Assembly (NCBI GenBank): GCA_965371245.1
Contig: CBDUXT010000003.1
Location: forward strand, 65,745-129,744
Origin: an uncultured bacterium
GTDB taxonomy: Bacteria > Planctomycetota > Phycisphaerae > UBA1845
DNA: 64,000 bases
Reading direction: 5' to 3'
How positions within the stretch are numbered: the stretch's first letter is position 1; every line of letters starts with the position of its first letter. Positions 23,662 through 32,723 of this stretch are shown piece by piece. A program made the translations under genes and the position numbers. The notes beneath the pieces are model-generated. The model was not told where the DNA came from, made no database searches, and worked only from the letters and a program-made list of their open reading frames with translations.

Positions 23662-25463
23662 GATCCGGTTTGTTCCAACGCGTGAATCCATTGGAGTACC
23701 GTCTTGGCCGCCCGCGCCGTCGAGAGTTCTTCCGAAACCCCGGGGGCAAAGCGGGCCACCTCGCACGATTCCAGGAACCCGGCGATCTTGGCTGCGACGC
23801 TCGGGTCCAATCCGTTCCTTGCCAACAGGGACCGCACCTCGTGGGGAGTCAACGCCCCCCGGGTAAACCCGAAACGGTCGGCGAGGTAGCCGGTCAATAC
23901 TTCGGAAAGTTCATGGAGTTGCTCGGTCGGCTGTGCCCGCATTCTAGCCTTGCGCAAGGCGGCGCGCGCGGCGCGTCCCGCGCGACGGCGCCTTGCATAG
24001 TTGACGTCGGCCTTCATCCGCGCGCGATGGCGGGAAGTCAGGGCGACGACAAGCCAGGCAAGCGGTGACGCGATCAGCGAGGCGGCCCACGGAGTGGTCC
24101 ATCGGAACGCCTGATCGGCGAGCACGTCCTTGGCGTCGAGAAAGTTCGGGGAGATACCGCCTGAGAGTAGGGTCAGCGTCGTGAGATTGTTCCCCGGTGG
24201 CGAAACGTCCAGCGCGATCGGGGCTGCCCCGCTCACACCCGAGGGTGGATCCACGGTGATGTTCACCGGTTCGCCGGTGAGGGTTACGTACCTTTCCAGT
24301 GTGGGGTCGAAATAGGACCAGCGGATCGGCGGGATGGTCTGCTCGCCCGCTTGCTTGGGAAAAACAGCCCTGCGGAAAACCTTGGAGCCGCTGTCCACGT
24401 CACCGATCAACTCGTCTCCGACAAAGTCAAACCGACTGGCAAGTTCGGCTTGGCGGCTCAGGTCCGGTCCGGCCACGCCATCCAAAGGGGAGCCGCGCAG
24501 CGCGATGGTCAACGTGATGGGCTGACCGAGCTCGAGGCGCGTCGGCTTGGCCGTGACCGCGAGGGTGAAGGCGCCGATGGCGCCTGTGTAGTCGTCCGGC
24601 CGTCCGATGGACGGAGGCGGAAGAACGTTAATGACCACGGCGGAGGCTCGGGCGGACTCGCGCCGATGACGTTGGATCTCGTAGCCGCCGAAGATGCCTC
24701 GGCGGACGCGGGTGGGGTAGTTCGCTCTGAGAAAGACCGGCCCCACCATCAAATCTCCGACCTCCTCTGCGCGGACTTCCTCCGCGACGCGGAAGATCTC
24801 GTAGCGGTGGCGGACCCCTGCCGAGTCGGTAAGGATCCGCTCACTTCGGTTGGCCTTGCCATTGGCGAAGACCGAAAGCTGCGAGTTACGCACATCCAGC
24901 ACGTCGCGAAGCATCTGAAGCGCGATCTGCCGGCCGTTGATCACCACCTTGCGGATGCCGAACGTGAGGGTGGCCGTATAGGATTGGGTGACATAGAGCC
25001 TCTTGGGCTCGACGGTGATCTCGGCGAAAATGAAACGGTCGCCGTTCGGTTCGGCTGCGGACTCCGTATCGCGTACCACGATATCGAACGCTTCCGTTTG
25101 GTAGGTCGCCGTTTCGGCCGCAACAGAAATCGGCCCAAGGGTGTGCGTTCCCTCTTTCAGGGCGGTAAGGCGGAGCGTGTACGTGTAGACGACCCGCTGC
25201 GATCGCCTTCCGTTGACGATCGAAGTGAACGAGCTGCTTCTTGGCGTCGCGGTGAGTAGCTCGAGCTTGAGTCCATCCGGTATCTCGGCCTGCGGCGCCT
25301 CGGGCACGCCCGTGTTGGTGCAGACGAGCTGAAGGTTAACGGCTTCTCCCAGGTCGAGCCTGGTGGGTCGAGGGCTGAGTTGAATGCCCGGTGCCTGCGC
25401 CTGTACCCATGCCGGGATAGCCGTAGCGATGAACGCAGCGAGGATGGCTCGGAAGCGTCGCAA
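23658..25463 (-). CDS. batD: BatD-like oxygen-tolerance protein
   Basis: The preferred TTG start at 25463 lies 1 nt after the batC stop and gives the signal peptide RRFRAILAAFIATAIPAWVQAQA. The alternative ATG at 25514 overlaps batC by 50 nt. The body has Ig-like repeats and a C-terminal TM plus helical tail, typical of BatD. Confidence 0.78.
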   Translation of the reverse strand: MRRFRAILAAFIATAIPAWVQAQAPGIQLSPRPTRLDLGEAVNLQLVCTNTGVPEAPQAEIPDGLKLELLTATPRSSSFTSIVNGRRSQRVVYTYTLRLTALKEGTHTLGPISVAAETATYQTEAFDIVVRDTESAAEPNGDRFIFAEITVEPKRLYVTQSYTATLTFGIRKVVINGRQIALQMLRDVLDVRNSQLSVFANGKANRSERILTDSAGVRHRYEIFRVAEEVRAEEVGDLMVGPVFLRANYPTRVRRGIFGGYEIQRHRRESARASAVVINVLPPPSIGRPDDYTGAIGAFTLAVTAKPTRLELGQPITLTIALRGSPLDGVAGPDLSRQAELASRFDFVGDELIGDVDSGSKVFRRAVFPKQAGEQTIPPIRWSYFDPTLERYVTLTGEPVNITVDPPSGVSGAAPIALDVSPPGNNLTTLTLLSGGISPNFLDAKDVLADQAFRWTTPWAASLIASPLAWLVVALTSRHRARMKADVNYARRRRAGRAARAALRKARMRAQPTEQLHELSEVLTGYLADRFGFTRGALTPHEVRSLLARNGLDPSVAAKIAGFLESCEVARFAPGVSEELSTARAAKTVLQWIHALEQTGS

Positions 25464-25464
25464 C

Positions 25465-26751
25465 TCACCAATCCTTCTTGACCGCAACCCCGGCCTGTGG
25501 CCGCACAACCTCACGGCGCGACTTCTTACGATCCCGAATCGCCTGCATCATCTCGCGTAGCTTGCGCTCGGCCTGTTCGCGCGACACCTGTTCTTTTTCC
25601 TGTGCTTCGGAGGGCTGTTTCTGCTCCTCCGCGTCGGATGACTGCTGGTCCTGACCCTCCGAGGGCTTGTCCTGCTGCTCTCCCTCTTGCTGCTCGGACG
25701 AATCCTGCGGCTTCTGTTCTTGGTCCTCGCCTTGTTCTTGCTCGTTCTGGTCTTGCTTCTCTTGGTCGCCTTCGGACTGTTGCTGCTGTTGGTCCTGGTT
25801 CTGGTCGTCCTTTTTTTCCTGGCTGTCGTCGGACTGTTGTTGTTGCTGTTGTTGCTGTTGCATCTGTTGTTTGATCTGACGCCGCATGGCCGCCGCCTTG
25901 AGCATGGCGTCTCGGGCCGCGTCGTGCTCGGTGTCGTCCGCCAGGACCCCCTGATATCGCCGTATGGCCTTTTCGATCAGGGGAAGGGCGGCCTGCGGAT
26001 CATCGAGGTGGTCCAGGGCTTCTGCATGGTCGCACGTTCCCAGGCTGTACCGCGCGTCGTTGGCCAGCGGTCCGGTCGATGTAGCGGCCGACGCCTCGAA
26101 CGCCTCGCGCGCTTGCTCATACGCCTTCATGTCGAACTGCGCCAGCCCTTCCACAAAGGCGATCTCACTCGCGTTGGGGCTTTGCTCCTCGGCGTGGCGA
26201 TACGCTTCCAACGCGCCGGTCGGGTCGTTGGCGAGCAGTCGCCGGTTGCCCTCATGAACCGCCTTGCGCGCGGTCAATCCGGCTAGCGCGTTGTCGATGC
26301 CTTTCGATTCCGGCTGTGAGTCGGCGGGCGCATCGGTCGGCTGCGCCGGAACCCGCACGGGATCTTGACCCGAAGCGGGGGTCATCCAACCAGTGAGGAC
26401 CGCGATGGCCAGTGTGACGTACGTCGAGCGAGGCGCAACCCGAGCCGCGCCCGTAAGGAAGCGGTTATCTGCGCCAAACCCGGCTTGCAGGCGTCCGCTC
26501 CCTGACGGTCGCGGCTTGGTTCCACCTGACCCGTCAGACGTCGGGTGTCGAAGTACTACTGCCGTTTCCAAAAAGGTTATTTCGTTCTTCGGGTGGCATG
26601 CCCAAGCCGGAGGCGCGGGCATGTGCCGGGCCATCCAGCACATGGCCGCGCTGCGCTTGGCCATGCCACCCAACGACCGGAGCCGCGCAACGTCGAGCCA
26701 CCTTTCTGGAAACGGCACTAGCTCGCGAAGACCGCGTTCGATCGGGTTCAT
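25465..26751 (-). CDS. batC: BatC-like TPR protein with Gln/Glu/Asp-rich low-complexity tail
   Basis: TPR region ALEAYRHAEEQSPNASEIAFVEGLAQFDMKAYEQAREAFE. The ~120-aa tail reads QQMQQQQQQQQQSDDSQEKKDDQNQ... The start is uncertain. ATG 26749-26751 overlaps the batB stop (ATGA), but the first ~110 codons are then repeat-derived (R6/R4). The minimal alternative ATG is at 26395. Confidence 0.65.
   Translation of the reverse strand: MNPIERGLRELVPFPERWLDVARLRSLGGMAKRSAAMCWMARHMPAPPAWACHPKNEITFLETAVVLRHPTSDGSGGTKPRPSGSGRLQAGFGADNRFLTGAARVAPRSTYVTLAIAVLTGWMTPASGQDPVRVPAQPTDAPADSQPESKGIDNALAGLTARKAVHEGNRRLLANDPTGALEAYRHAEEQSPNASEIAFVEGLAQFDMKAYEQAREAFEASAATSTGPLANDARYSLGTCDHAEALDHLDDPQAALPLIEKAIRRYQGVLADDTEHDAARDAMLKAAAMRRQIKQQMQQQQQQQQQSDDSQEKKDDQNQDQQQQQSEGDQEKQDQNEQEQGEDQEQKPQDSSEQQEGEQQDKPSEGQDQQSSDAEEQKQPSEAQEKEQVSREQAERKLREMMQAIRDRKKSRREVVRPQAGVAVKKDW
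26593..26720 (+). repeat. family R6 repeat, longest copy
   Basis: GTGGCATGCCCAAGCCGGAGGCGCGGGCATGTGCC...CATGGCCGCGCTGCGCTTGGCCATGCCACCCAACGACCGG...TTTCTGGAAACGGCACTAGC. Parts recur at 7875-7961, 14366-14400 (inverted) and 54531-54566. Confidence 0.7.
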
Positions 26752-27905
26752 CCGACGGGCTCCTCCTGCCAGACGCGCTGCGGGCGAGTCGTCTCGCCGG
26801 GGCGCCGACCGCTTATCATTGTTTCCAATCCCAGGAGAATCAACGCGGCCAGCAGGAACCACTGGTATCGAGGCCGGTGGCGGATGCGTTCTTCAGTGGT
26901 CAGAAGCGACTTCTGTGAGCTGCCCATGACGTTGACGAGCCGGTGGAACCGCTTCAGCGGGGCGAATCGACCGTTTCCGGCTTCCGCAATCTCCCGCAGC
27001 CCGACGACATCGAGTTTGGAAAAGACGATCTGCCCATCGTGAAGCAGCGGCGTTCCCGCTTCGGTCGGGATCTGCGCGCCGACGGGCAGCGTCGGGTCGC
27101 CGACGCCAACCGTGAAGGTTCGGATCCCTTGCTCGGCGAGCGCGACCCGGGCCGCCTCGACCGGTGCTCCTTCGTGGTCCTCTCCGTCGGTGAAGACGAC
27201 GATGATCTTCGTGGAACGATCCGGCGATCGGACGAACAGGTCGGAGGCCGCGCGGATCGCCGCGGCGATGGCGGTCCCGCCGCGCGGCGCGCTCCCGATG
27301 GTCACGGCCTCGAGCTTCGAGCGGAAGGACAGGTGGTCCGTCGTGAGCGGAAGCTTCAGCGACGTGGAACCGGCGAAGGTCAATAGGGCCAGGCGGTTGG
27401 CGTGGCGGAAGACGGCGCGATCGATCAGCTGTAGGCGGATATCTCGCTTGGCCCGCTCCAGGCGGCTGGGCTCCACGTCCCGAGCGAGCATCGAGCGCGA
27501 GACATCCAGTGCCACCACGATGTCCACCCCATAGACCTTTTGCTTTTCCAGATAGACCCCCCATCGAGGGCCGACCACCGCGGCCGCGACCAGGGCGATC
27601 GCCGTCACGAACAACCCCGCTCGTAACGCTTGTCGCCCCGGGCTGACGCCCTGTGCAAGCAACGGAGCGAGCTGGGCCGAGGCGAAACGCTCGACGGCGC
27701 GCCGACGCCGCAGAAGTCCATACAGGAAAAAGAGGCCGGCAACCGGACCGGCCGCCGCCAACCACCAGAGGTCCTGGTTGTCGAAGAGCAGGACGTCCTC
27801 GGCGGCCGTTACCACCAGGAAAAACCCCAGGGCGACGATCGCCAGGGGCCAGACGACCACCCAGATCGTCCATGTCAGCATGGGATAGAGGATCTGTCGG
27901 CTCAT
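26748..27905 (-). CDS. batB: BatB-like vWA-domain membrane protein
   Basis: N-terminal TMs are followed by a vWA MIDAS motif, VVALDVSRSM, then LLTFAGS and VVFTDGEDHEG. ATG overlaps the batA stop (ATGA, 27902-27905). Confidence 0.85.
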   Translation of the reverse strand: MSRQILYPMLTWTIWVVVWPLAIVALGFFLVVTAAEDVLLFDNQDLWWLAAAGPVAGLFFLYGLLRRRRAVERFASAQLAPLLAQGVSPGRQALRAGLFVTAIALVAAAVVGPRWGVYLEKQKVYGVDIVVALDVSRSMLARDVEPSRLERAKRDIRLQLIDRAVFRHANRLALLTFAGSTSLKLPLTTDHLSFRSKLEAVTIGSAPRGGTAIAAAIRAASDLFVRSPDRSTKIIVVFTDGEDHEGAPVEAARVALAEQGIRTFTVGVGDPTLPVGAQIPTEAGTPLLHDGQIVFSKLDVVGLREIAEAGNGRFAPLKRFHRLVNVMGSSQKSLLTTEERIRHRPRYQWFLLAALILLGLETMISGRRPGETTRPQRVWQEEPVG

Positions 27906-29017
27906 GGGATCGTACGGTACCTCGTGCTGACCAGAAACAACTCGAGCATCAACAGACCCAACCCGGTCAACATCGCGATCTTGGCTGCGTAGGTGTTGTC
28001 ATGGAAACTACGTTCGCCGGTGTGGTGTCGTTCCATTTGATCGATCGCGTCGTAGATGCGTATCAGCGAGTCGGTGTCCGTTGCCCGGAAGTACTCAGCG
28101 CCGGTGACCGCGGCCACCTGTTTAAGGAGCCGTTCGTCAACGCCGGCCCGTCGCCGCTGAAAGAAGCCAAACCGAGTCGGACTCTGGGCTGACCCGACGG
28201 CGCCGATCGTGTAGATCTTGATACCCAAACGTGCCGCGACCTTCGCTGCCTCCAAGGGATCCGGCGGTGGCGGACCCTGTGGAAGGACGGCTGGGTGGTT
28301 CTCTCCATCGGTGAGCAGGATCATCACGCGGCTCTTGGCGGCCTCCGAACCGGGTACGCCCGCGACGGCCTGTTCACCCGCGCGTCGCAGGTCGTCCGTG
28401 GCCAGCGCGATCGCATCGCCCAGCCCCGTGAAGCCGGATTCCGGGTTCTCCCGGACCTGACGACCATCGACCCACCCCGGGATCTCCGTTTCGACAAGCA
28501 GGTCGGCCAGGCTGCCGTGGTCGAGTGTCAGCGGGCAAGGCGTGTCGGCGTATTGCGCGAACGTGGTCATTCCTATCAGATCGCTTTCTCGACCCCCCAG
28601 CGTGCTTTGCCCGAGAACAAAATCGCGGAACACCCGTTTAACGGCGTCGAGCCGCCGGACACGTACGTTGTCGATGACGAAGTCCTCCTCCGACATGCTG
28701 CCGGAGACGTCGAGCACCATCTGGATGGCGATCCCTTCGCTCGTGTCGCGGTATTCCCCGCCCGATTGCGGTCTTGCAAGTGCCACCAACAGGGCCGCGA
28801 TCGCCAGTGTCCGCAGAAGCGGAATCACGAACCGCGTTCGCACGGCCCACGTGGAGCCCAGCGCCGTCATGCAACTCACCGAACTGAACCGAAGCGTCGC
28901 GCGACGCCCTCTGCGGCGCGCGAACAGCCAGACGATAGGGATCAGCAATACGCACGCAACGCACATCCAGGCGAAGAGCGGTCCGGGATTAAAGCGCTCA
29001 CTCAGCCATAGCATCAT
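27902..29017 (-). CDS. batA: BatA-like vWA-domain membrane protein
   Basis: N-terminal TMs, MIDAS VLDVSGSM, MTTFAQY, ILLTDGENH and a C-terminal TM. ATG overlaps the upstream stop (ATGA, 29014-29017). Confidence 0.85.
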   Translation of the reverse strand: MMLWLSERFNPGPLFAWMCVACVLLIPIVWLFARRRGRRATLRFSSVSCMTALGSTWAVRTRFVIPLLRTLAIAALLVALARPQSGGEYRDTSEGIAIQMVLDVSGSMSEEDFVIDNVRVRRLDAVKRVFRDFVLGQSTLGGRESDLIGMTTFAQYADTPCPLTLDHGSLADLLVETEIPGWVDGRQVRENPESGFTGLGDAIALATDDLRRAGEQAVAGVPGSEAAKSRVMILLTDGENHPAVLPQGPPPPDPLEAAKVAARLGIKIYTIGAVGSAQSPTRFGFFQRRRAGVDERLLKQVAAVTGAEYFRATDTDSLIRIYDAIDQMERHHTGERSFHDNTYAAKIAMLTGLGLLMLELFLVSTRYRTIP

Positions 29018-30228
29018 GCGGCACGCTCCTCGTCGCTGGGCGGCGAAGGGGGGGCACCGATCGACGGGGTCGATCTGCGGCGAGTTCGTTCCACGAAGTC
29101 ACCGGCCGCCTTGAGGGCCGCGTCGGCGGCCTCGCGGCCTGGCGTATGCCGAGCATATTTGACCAGGTCGCACGCGGTCATGAAGGGATGGAGTTCGTCG
29201 GCGATCGTGGCTCCGATGCGACCATCGGCCGGGGCGGAAGCCAGGAACTCCTCCGTGGTCATCTCCGGGGCGCACACGTCAAACCGTCGCTCGATGTATC
29301 CGCGGACGATTCCGCTGACGCGATAGTAGAAGTCCTTGACGCGACCTCGCGCGACAAGATCCTCGGTCACCAGCGCCGCGATTTCACGGCGGGCCCACAC
29401 GTCCGCTGGAATCTTCACGATCACTTCAGCCGGCCGGTTTCGGATGCGCCGGCGGATCAGAAGCACCAACACGACGAGCGCAGCGGCCGTGACCAACCCG
29501 CCTGCAATCCACGGACCCCACTGTCGCGGTAGCTCGACCGGATCGAGACGCCTGATCTCGGTGAGCTGTTCGGGGGAGAGCCCCGCGCCCTCCGGTTGTA
29601 CGACCGTGATGGTGATCGGCTCCGTCGTCACGGTTTGCGGCTCTTGCGTGACCTGCCCCGTCCGGCCGTCCAAAGAGCGCCGCAGGTAGACAAACGTCGC
29701 GGCCGCCGGCGGCAACTCGTGTACACCGGGCACGAAGAACTCCAACCTGTATCGGACCGTCCACCGCAGGCGTCCATCTTCGGTCGGAACGGCCGACTTC
29801 CTTTGAGTCTCCACAACGCCGATTTCGAACCCTCGGTCACCGTCTAGCAACACGCGACGGTAGTCCGTGTCGGTCACGGTCACGTCGCGGTCAGCGAGTA
29901 TCTCAAACACGACCTCCGCCCTCTGCGAAAGCTGGACCGATACGGGTGCCACGGTCAGGCTCAGCCGGACCGGCCCGTCGCCGGCGGTCCGCGTGATGCC
30001 GGTCTCATCCGTCGGCTCGTCCACGGGTCTGGTCGGGCCGCAACCGGCCGCCGCCGCCAGAAGCGACAAAGATAGCAAGGCGGCGCCACGAACGACGGGT
30101 GAGCGCGTGGCGGTGCGACGAGTGCGCGTGCTCGATACACACTCAGTCATCAACGGAACGCCCGGTTCGCGGTTGTTCCCGGGGCCGCGATGCGCGCCTT
30201 CAATTGAGCCCGCCCAACGTCGGTTCAT
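29014..30228 (-). CDS. lipoprotein with BatD-like N-terminal region fused to a DUF4381-like TM/helical domain
   Basis: ATG 30226-30228 overlaps the DUF58 stop (ATGA); an alternative ATG is at 30150. Lipobox LLAAAAGC. The C-terminal WIAGGLVTAAALVVLVLLIRRR...FYYRVSGIVRGYIERRF...TTEEFL...CDLVKYA matches the DUF4381 pattern usually found between DUF58 and batA. Confidence 0.7.
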   Translation of the reverse strand: MNRRWAGSIEGAHRGPGNNREPGVPLMTECVSSTRTRRTATRSPVVRGAALLSLSLLAAAAGCGPTRPVDEPTDETGITRTAGDGPVRLSLTVAPVSVQLSQRAEVVFEILADRDVTVTDTDYRRVLLDGDRGFEIGVVETQRKSAVPTEDGRLRWTVRYRLEFFVPGVHELPPAAATFVYLRRSLDGRTGQVTQEPQTVTTEPITITVVQPEGAGLSPEQLTEIRRLDPVELPRQWGPWIAGGLVTAAALVVLVLLIRRRIRNRPAEVIVKIPADVWARREIAALVTEDLVARGRVKDFYYRVSGIVRGYIERRFDVCAPEMTTEEFLASAPADGRIGATIADELHPFMTACDLVKYARHTPGREAADAALKAAGDFVERTRRRSTPSIGAPPSPPSDEERAA

Positions 30229-31100
30229 CGGCGACGTTCCCGTTTGTGGAAGAAGCGAACCAAGGGGTCGATGTAGGGTCTGTCCGTACGCACCTCGATT
30301 GTCTCGGTGTCCATCTTGCGAAACAGGCTTTCTCGGACGGCGGCGCGCAGGGTCGCTTTCGCGGCGTATCGGCGGCGAAACGATCGACTGCCCGTGTCCA
30401 CAAGGACGCACTCGCCGGTCTCGGGATCCTCAAGTTCAACGAACCCCGCACCGGAGAGCTCGGCCTCGCGCGGGTCGGTAACGATGACGGGGATCAGGTC
30501 GTGTCGGCGTCGCGCGATCCGGACCGAGGCCTCATACCCATCGGTGAGAAAATCGCTGACCAGAAAGCAGATCGAGCGCCGCGTGGTGACCCGGTTCAGA
30601 AAACTGATCGCCTCGGAAATGTCGGTCCCGTGTCCGACCGGCTCATGGTAGAGCAACTCGCGAATGATCCGCAGCACGTGCTGGGTGCCCTTCTTGGCCG
30701 GGACGTATTTCTCAACCTCGTCGGTGAACAGAACCAATCCGACCTTGTCGTTACTTCGGATGGCGGAGAAGGCGAGGACCGCGCAGAGCTCGGCGGCCAT
30801 GTCCAGCTTGAACTGTTGCCCGCTGCCGAAGAGCCCGGACCGGCTGACATCCACGACGAGCATAACGGTCAGCTCGCGTTCCTCGCGGAACTTCTTGATG
30901 AATGGCTCGCCGTAGCGGGCCGACACGTTCCAGTCGATCAGGCGCACGTCGTCGCCGATTTGGTAGGGGCAGACCTCCTCGAACTCCATGCCGCGTCCAC
31001 GAAAGGCGGAGTGGTATTGTCCGGCGAAGACATCGTTCACGACCCGCGACGTGCGGATCTGAATCTGTCGCACCTTCTTGAGTAGTTCCTTGGGGATCAT
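30225..31100 (-). CDS. DUF58 domain protein (MoxR-associated)
   Basis: 291 aa. GQYHSAFRGRGMEFEEVCPYQIGDDVRLIDWNVSAR...LTVMLVVDVSRS is the classical DUF58 core. Confidence 0.9.
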   Translation of the reverse strand: MIPKELLKKVRQIQIRTSRVVNDVFAGQYHSAFRGRGMEFEEVCPYQIGDDVRLIDWNVSARYGEPFIKKFREERELTVMLVVDVSRSGLFGSGQQFKLDMAAELCAVLAFSAIRSNDKVGLVLFTDEVEKYVPAKKGTQHVLRIIRELLYHEPVGHGTDISEAISFLNRVTTRRSICFLVSDFLTDGYEASVRIARRRHDLIPVIVTDPREAELSGAGFVELEDPETGECVLVDTGSRSFRRRYAAKATLRAAVRESLFRKMDTETIEVRTDRPYIDPLVRFFHKRERRR

Positions 31101-31342
31101 CGTGTTTCGCGAGATGCTCCAATCCGCAGCGAGTGCTCCGTCACGCTTAGCTAGACGGGTTTATCCAAACCGAGCCGTGACCGTAATGGAGCGTTAGTCC
31201 GCGGCAGACCGACGCTTCTGATGCCCGCTCCCTGATGGTCGCGGCTCGGAAAGACAGCGGTAGGGTGCGTCCCGGACGCACACTACGGTCGGAAGCCGGT
31301 GCCACACCGAAGTCAGGCGTTCTTCAACGCGCTCCTGGAAGT

Positions 31343-32341
31343 CTACGGAACGGGGACGTGATCGAGCACGGCACGGACGACGTCCTCGGACGTTTTTTCC
31401 TCGGCCTCGGCCTCGTAGGTGATGATGACGCGGTGTCGCAGGATGTCCATCGCGATCCCCTTGACGTCTTGCGGGGTCACGTACCCGCGGTCGTCCAGAA
31501 ACGCCGACGCCTTGGCGCCGACTGTCATCGCCAACGTTGCCCGCGGCGACGCGCCGAACTGCACCCAGTCGGCAATGGGAATATCGAAGGCGGCCGGGTC
31601 GCGCGTGGCGAATGTGATGTCAACGATATAGTCCTTGATCTTGTCGTCCATATAGATCTCATCGACGACCTTGCGGGCGGCCCTGATCTCCGCCGGGGAC
31701 AGGGTCGGGTCAACGGTGATCTGCGGCGAGGTGGACGCCATCCGGTCGAGGATGGCCCGCTCCTCGCTCTTGCTGGGGTAATCAACCACCACCTTGAGCA
31801 TGAACCGATCGACCTGGGCCTCGGGCAGCGGATAGGTTCCTTCCTGCTCGATCGGGTTCTGCGTGGCGAGAACGAGGAAGGGGTCGTCCAGCTTGAATGT
31901 TTCTTTGCCGATGGTGACCTGGCGTTCCTGCATCGCCTCGAGCAGGGCGGACTGAACCTTGGCCGGCGCGCGGTTGATCTCGTCGGCGAGGATGATGTTC
32001 GAGAAGATCGGACCCTTTTGAACGATGAACTCGCCGTCGGTCGGTCGGTAGATCAGCGTGCCGATCAGGTCGGCGGGCAGAAGGTCGGGCGTGAACTGCA
32101 ACCGCTGGAACCCGGTTTGGATTCCCTGCGCCAGGCAGGCAACGGCGGTCGTCTTGGCGAGTCCGGGGACGCCCTCGATGAGCATGTGCCCGTTGGACAG
32201 AAGCCCGATCAGCATGCGGTGCAGCAGCTCGTCCTGACCGACGATGACCCGGTGCATCTGTTCGAGCAATCGGCGGAACGGCTCGCTCGCGGCGGCGACC
32301 CGCTCGGCAATCTGCTGAATATCGATCTCCGTTTCCACCAT
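31343..32341 (-). CDS. moxR: MoxR-family AAA+ ATPase
   Basis: 332 aa. VIVGQDELLHRMLIGLLSNGHMLIEGVPGLAKT (Walker A), ILADEINRAPAKVQSALLEAMQE (Walker B/sensor) and VLATQNPIEQEGTYPLPEAQ. Confidence 0.95.
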   Translation of the reverse strand: MVETEIDIQQIAERVAAASEPFRRLLEQMHRVIVGQDELLHRMLIGLLSNGHMLIEGVPGLAKTTAVACLAQGIQTGFQRLQFTPDLLPADLIGTLIYRPTDGEFIVQKGPIFSNIILADEINRAPAKVQSALLEAMQERQVTIGKETFKLDDPFLVLATQNPIEQEGTYPLPEAQVDRFMLKVVVDYPSKSEERAILDRMASTSPQITVDPTLSPAEIRAARKVVDEIYMDDKIKDYIVDITFATRDPAAFDIPIADWVQFGASPRATLAMTVGAKASAFLDDRGYVTPQDVKGIAMDILRHRVIITYEAEAEEKTSEDVVRAVLDHVPVP

Positions 32342-32555
32342 CTTGCGATACTCCAGAAATCCAGGGGCATTCCAGGGCGAGCGGGGAATCTACCCATGCG
32401 TGGAAACAGACGCAAGCGACCGAGTGAGCCTGTCACAAGTTGACACGGCACCTCAAGCGGTAACGACGGCGCAACGCCCGGATGCGACACGGCCCTGTCG
32501 CCGGCGGCTAGTGCAACTTCGCGCGGGATTCCGCGGGTTGACACGCGGGTTCCCT

Positions 32556-32623
32556 GGGCGAACTTGTTTGCCCGTGTCGCCAGGAGATCAGCACGGGCAA
32601 GCCGGCGCTTGCCCGCGGCACCC
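32556..32623 (+). repeat. R5 two-hairpin repeat, copy 2
   Basis: GGCGAA-CTTG-TTTGCC, where the A-to-G change keeps pairing as G-U, and GGGCAAGC-CGGC-GCTTGCCC. Same order and spacing as 12725-12792. Confidence 0.75.
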
Positions 32624-32723
32624 ACAAAGTTAGGCTTCGCGACGCCCTGATGTATGGTCAACCTTGAATCTGCGGGTTTGCTCGGTGGGCCACCCAACCC
32701 GCAAGTTTACGCGTGACGATGCA

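Noticed and set aside
25465-26862. Full-length 465-aa version of the BatC ORF starting at 26862.
   Set aside because: It would overlap batB by 115 nt, and the extra residues are unremarkable. Starts at 26751 (ATGA-coupled) or 26395 are more plausible.
22825-32341. The MoxR-vWA gene cluster as the novel system of the window.
   Set aside because: The gene order and domain content match the already described Bat/MoxR aerotolerance-type operon. Only secondary features are unusual (fusion, repeat insertions, overlaps), and these are reported separately.
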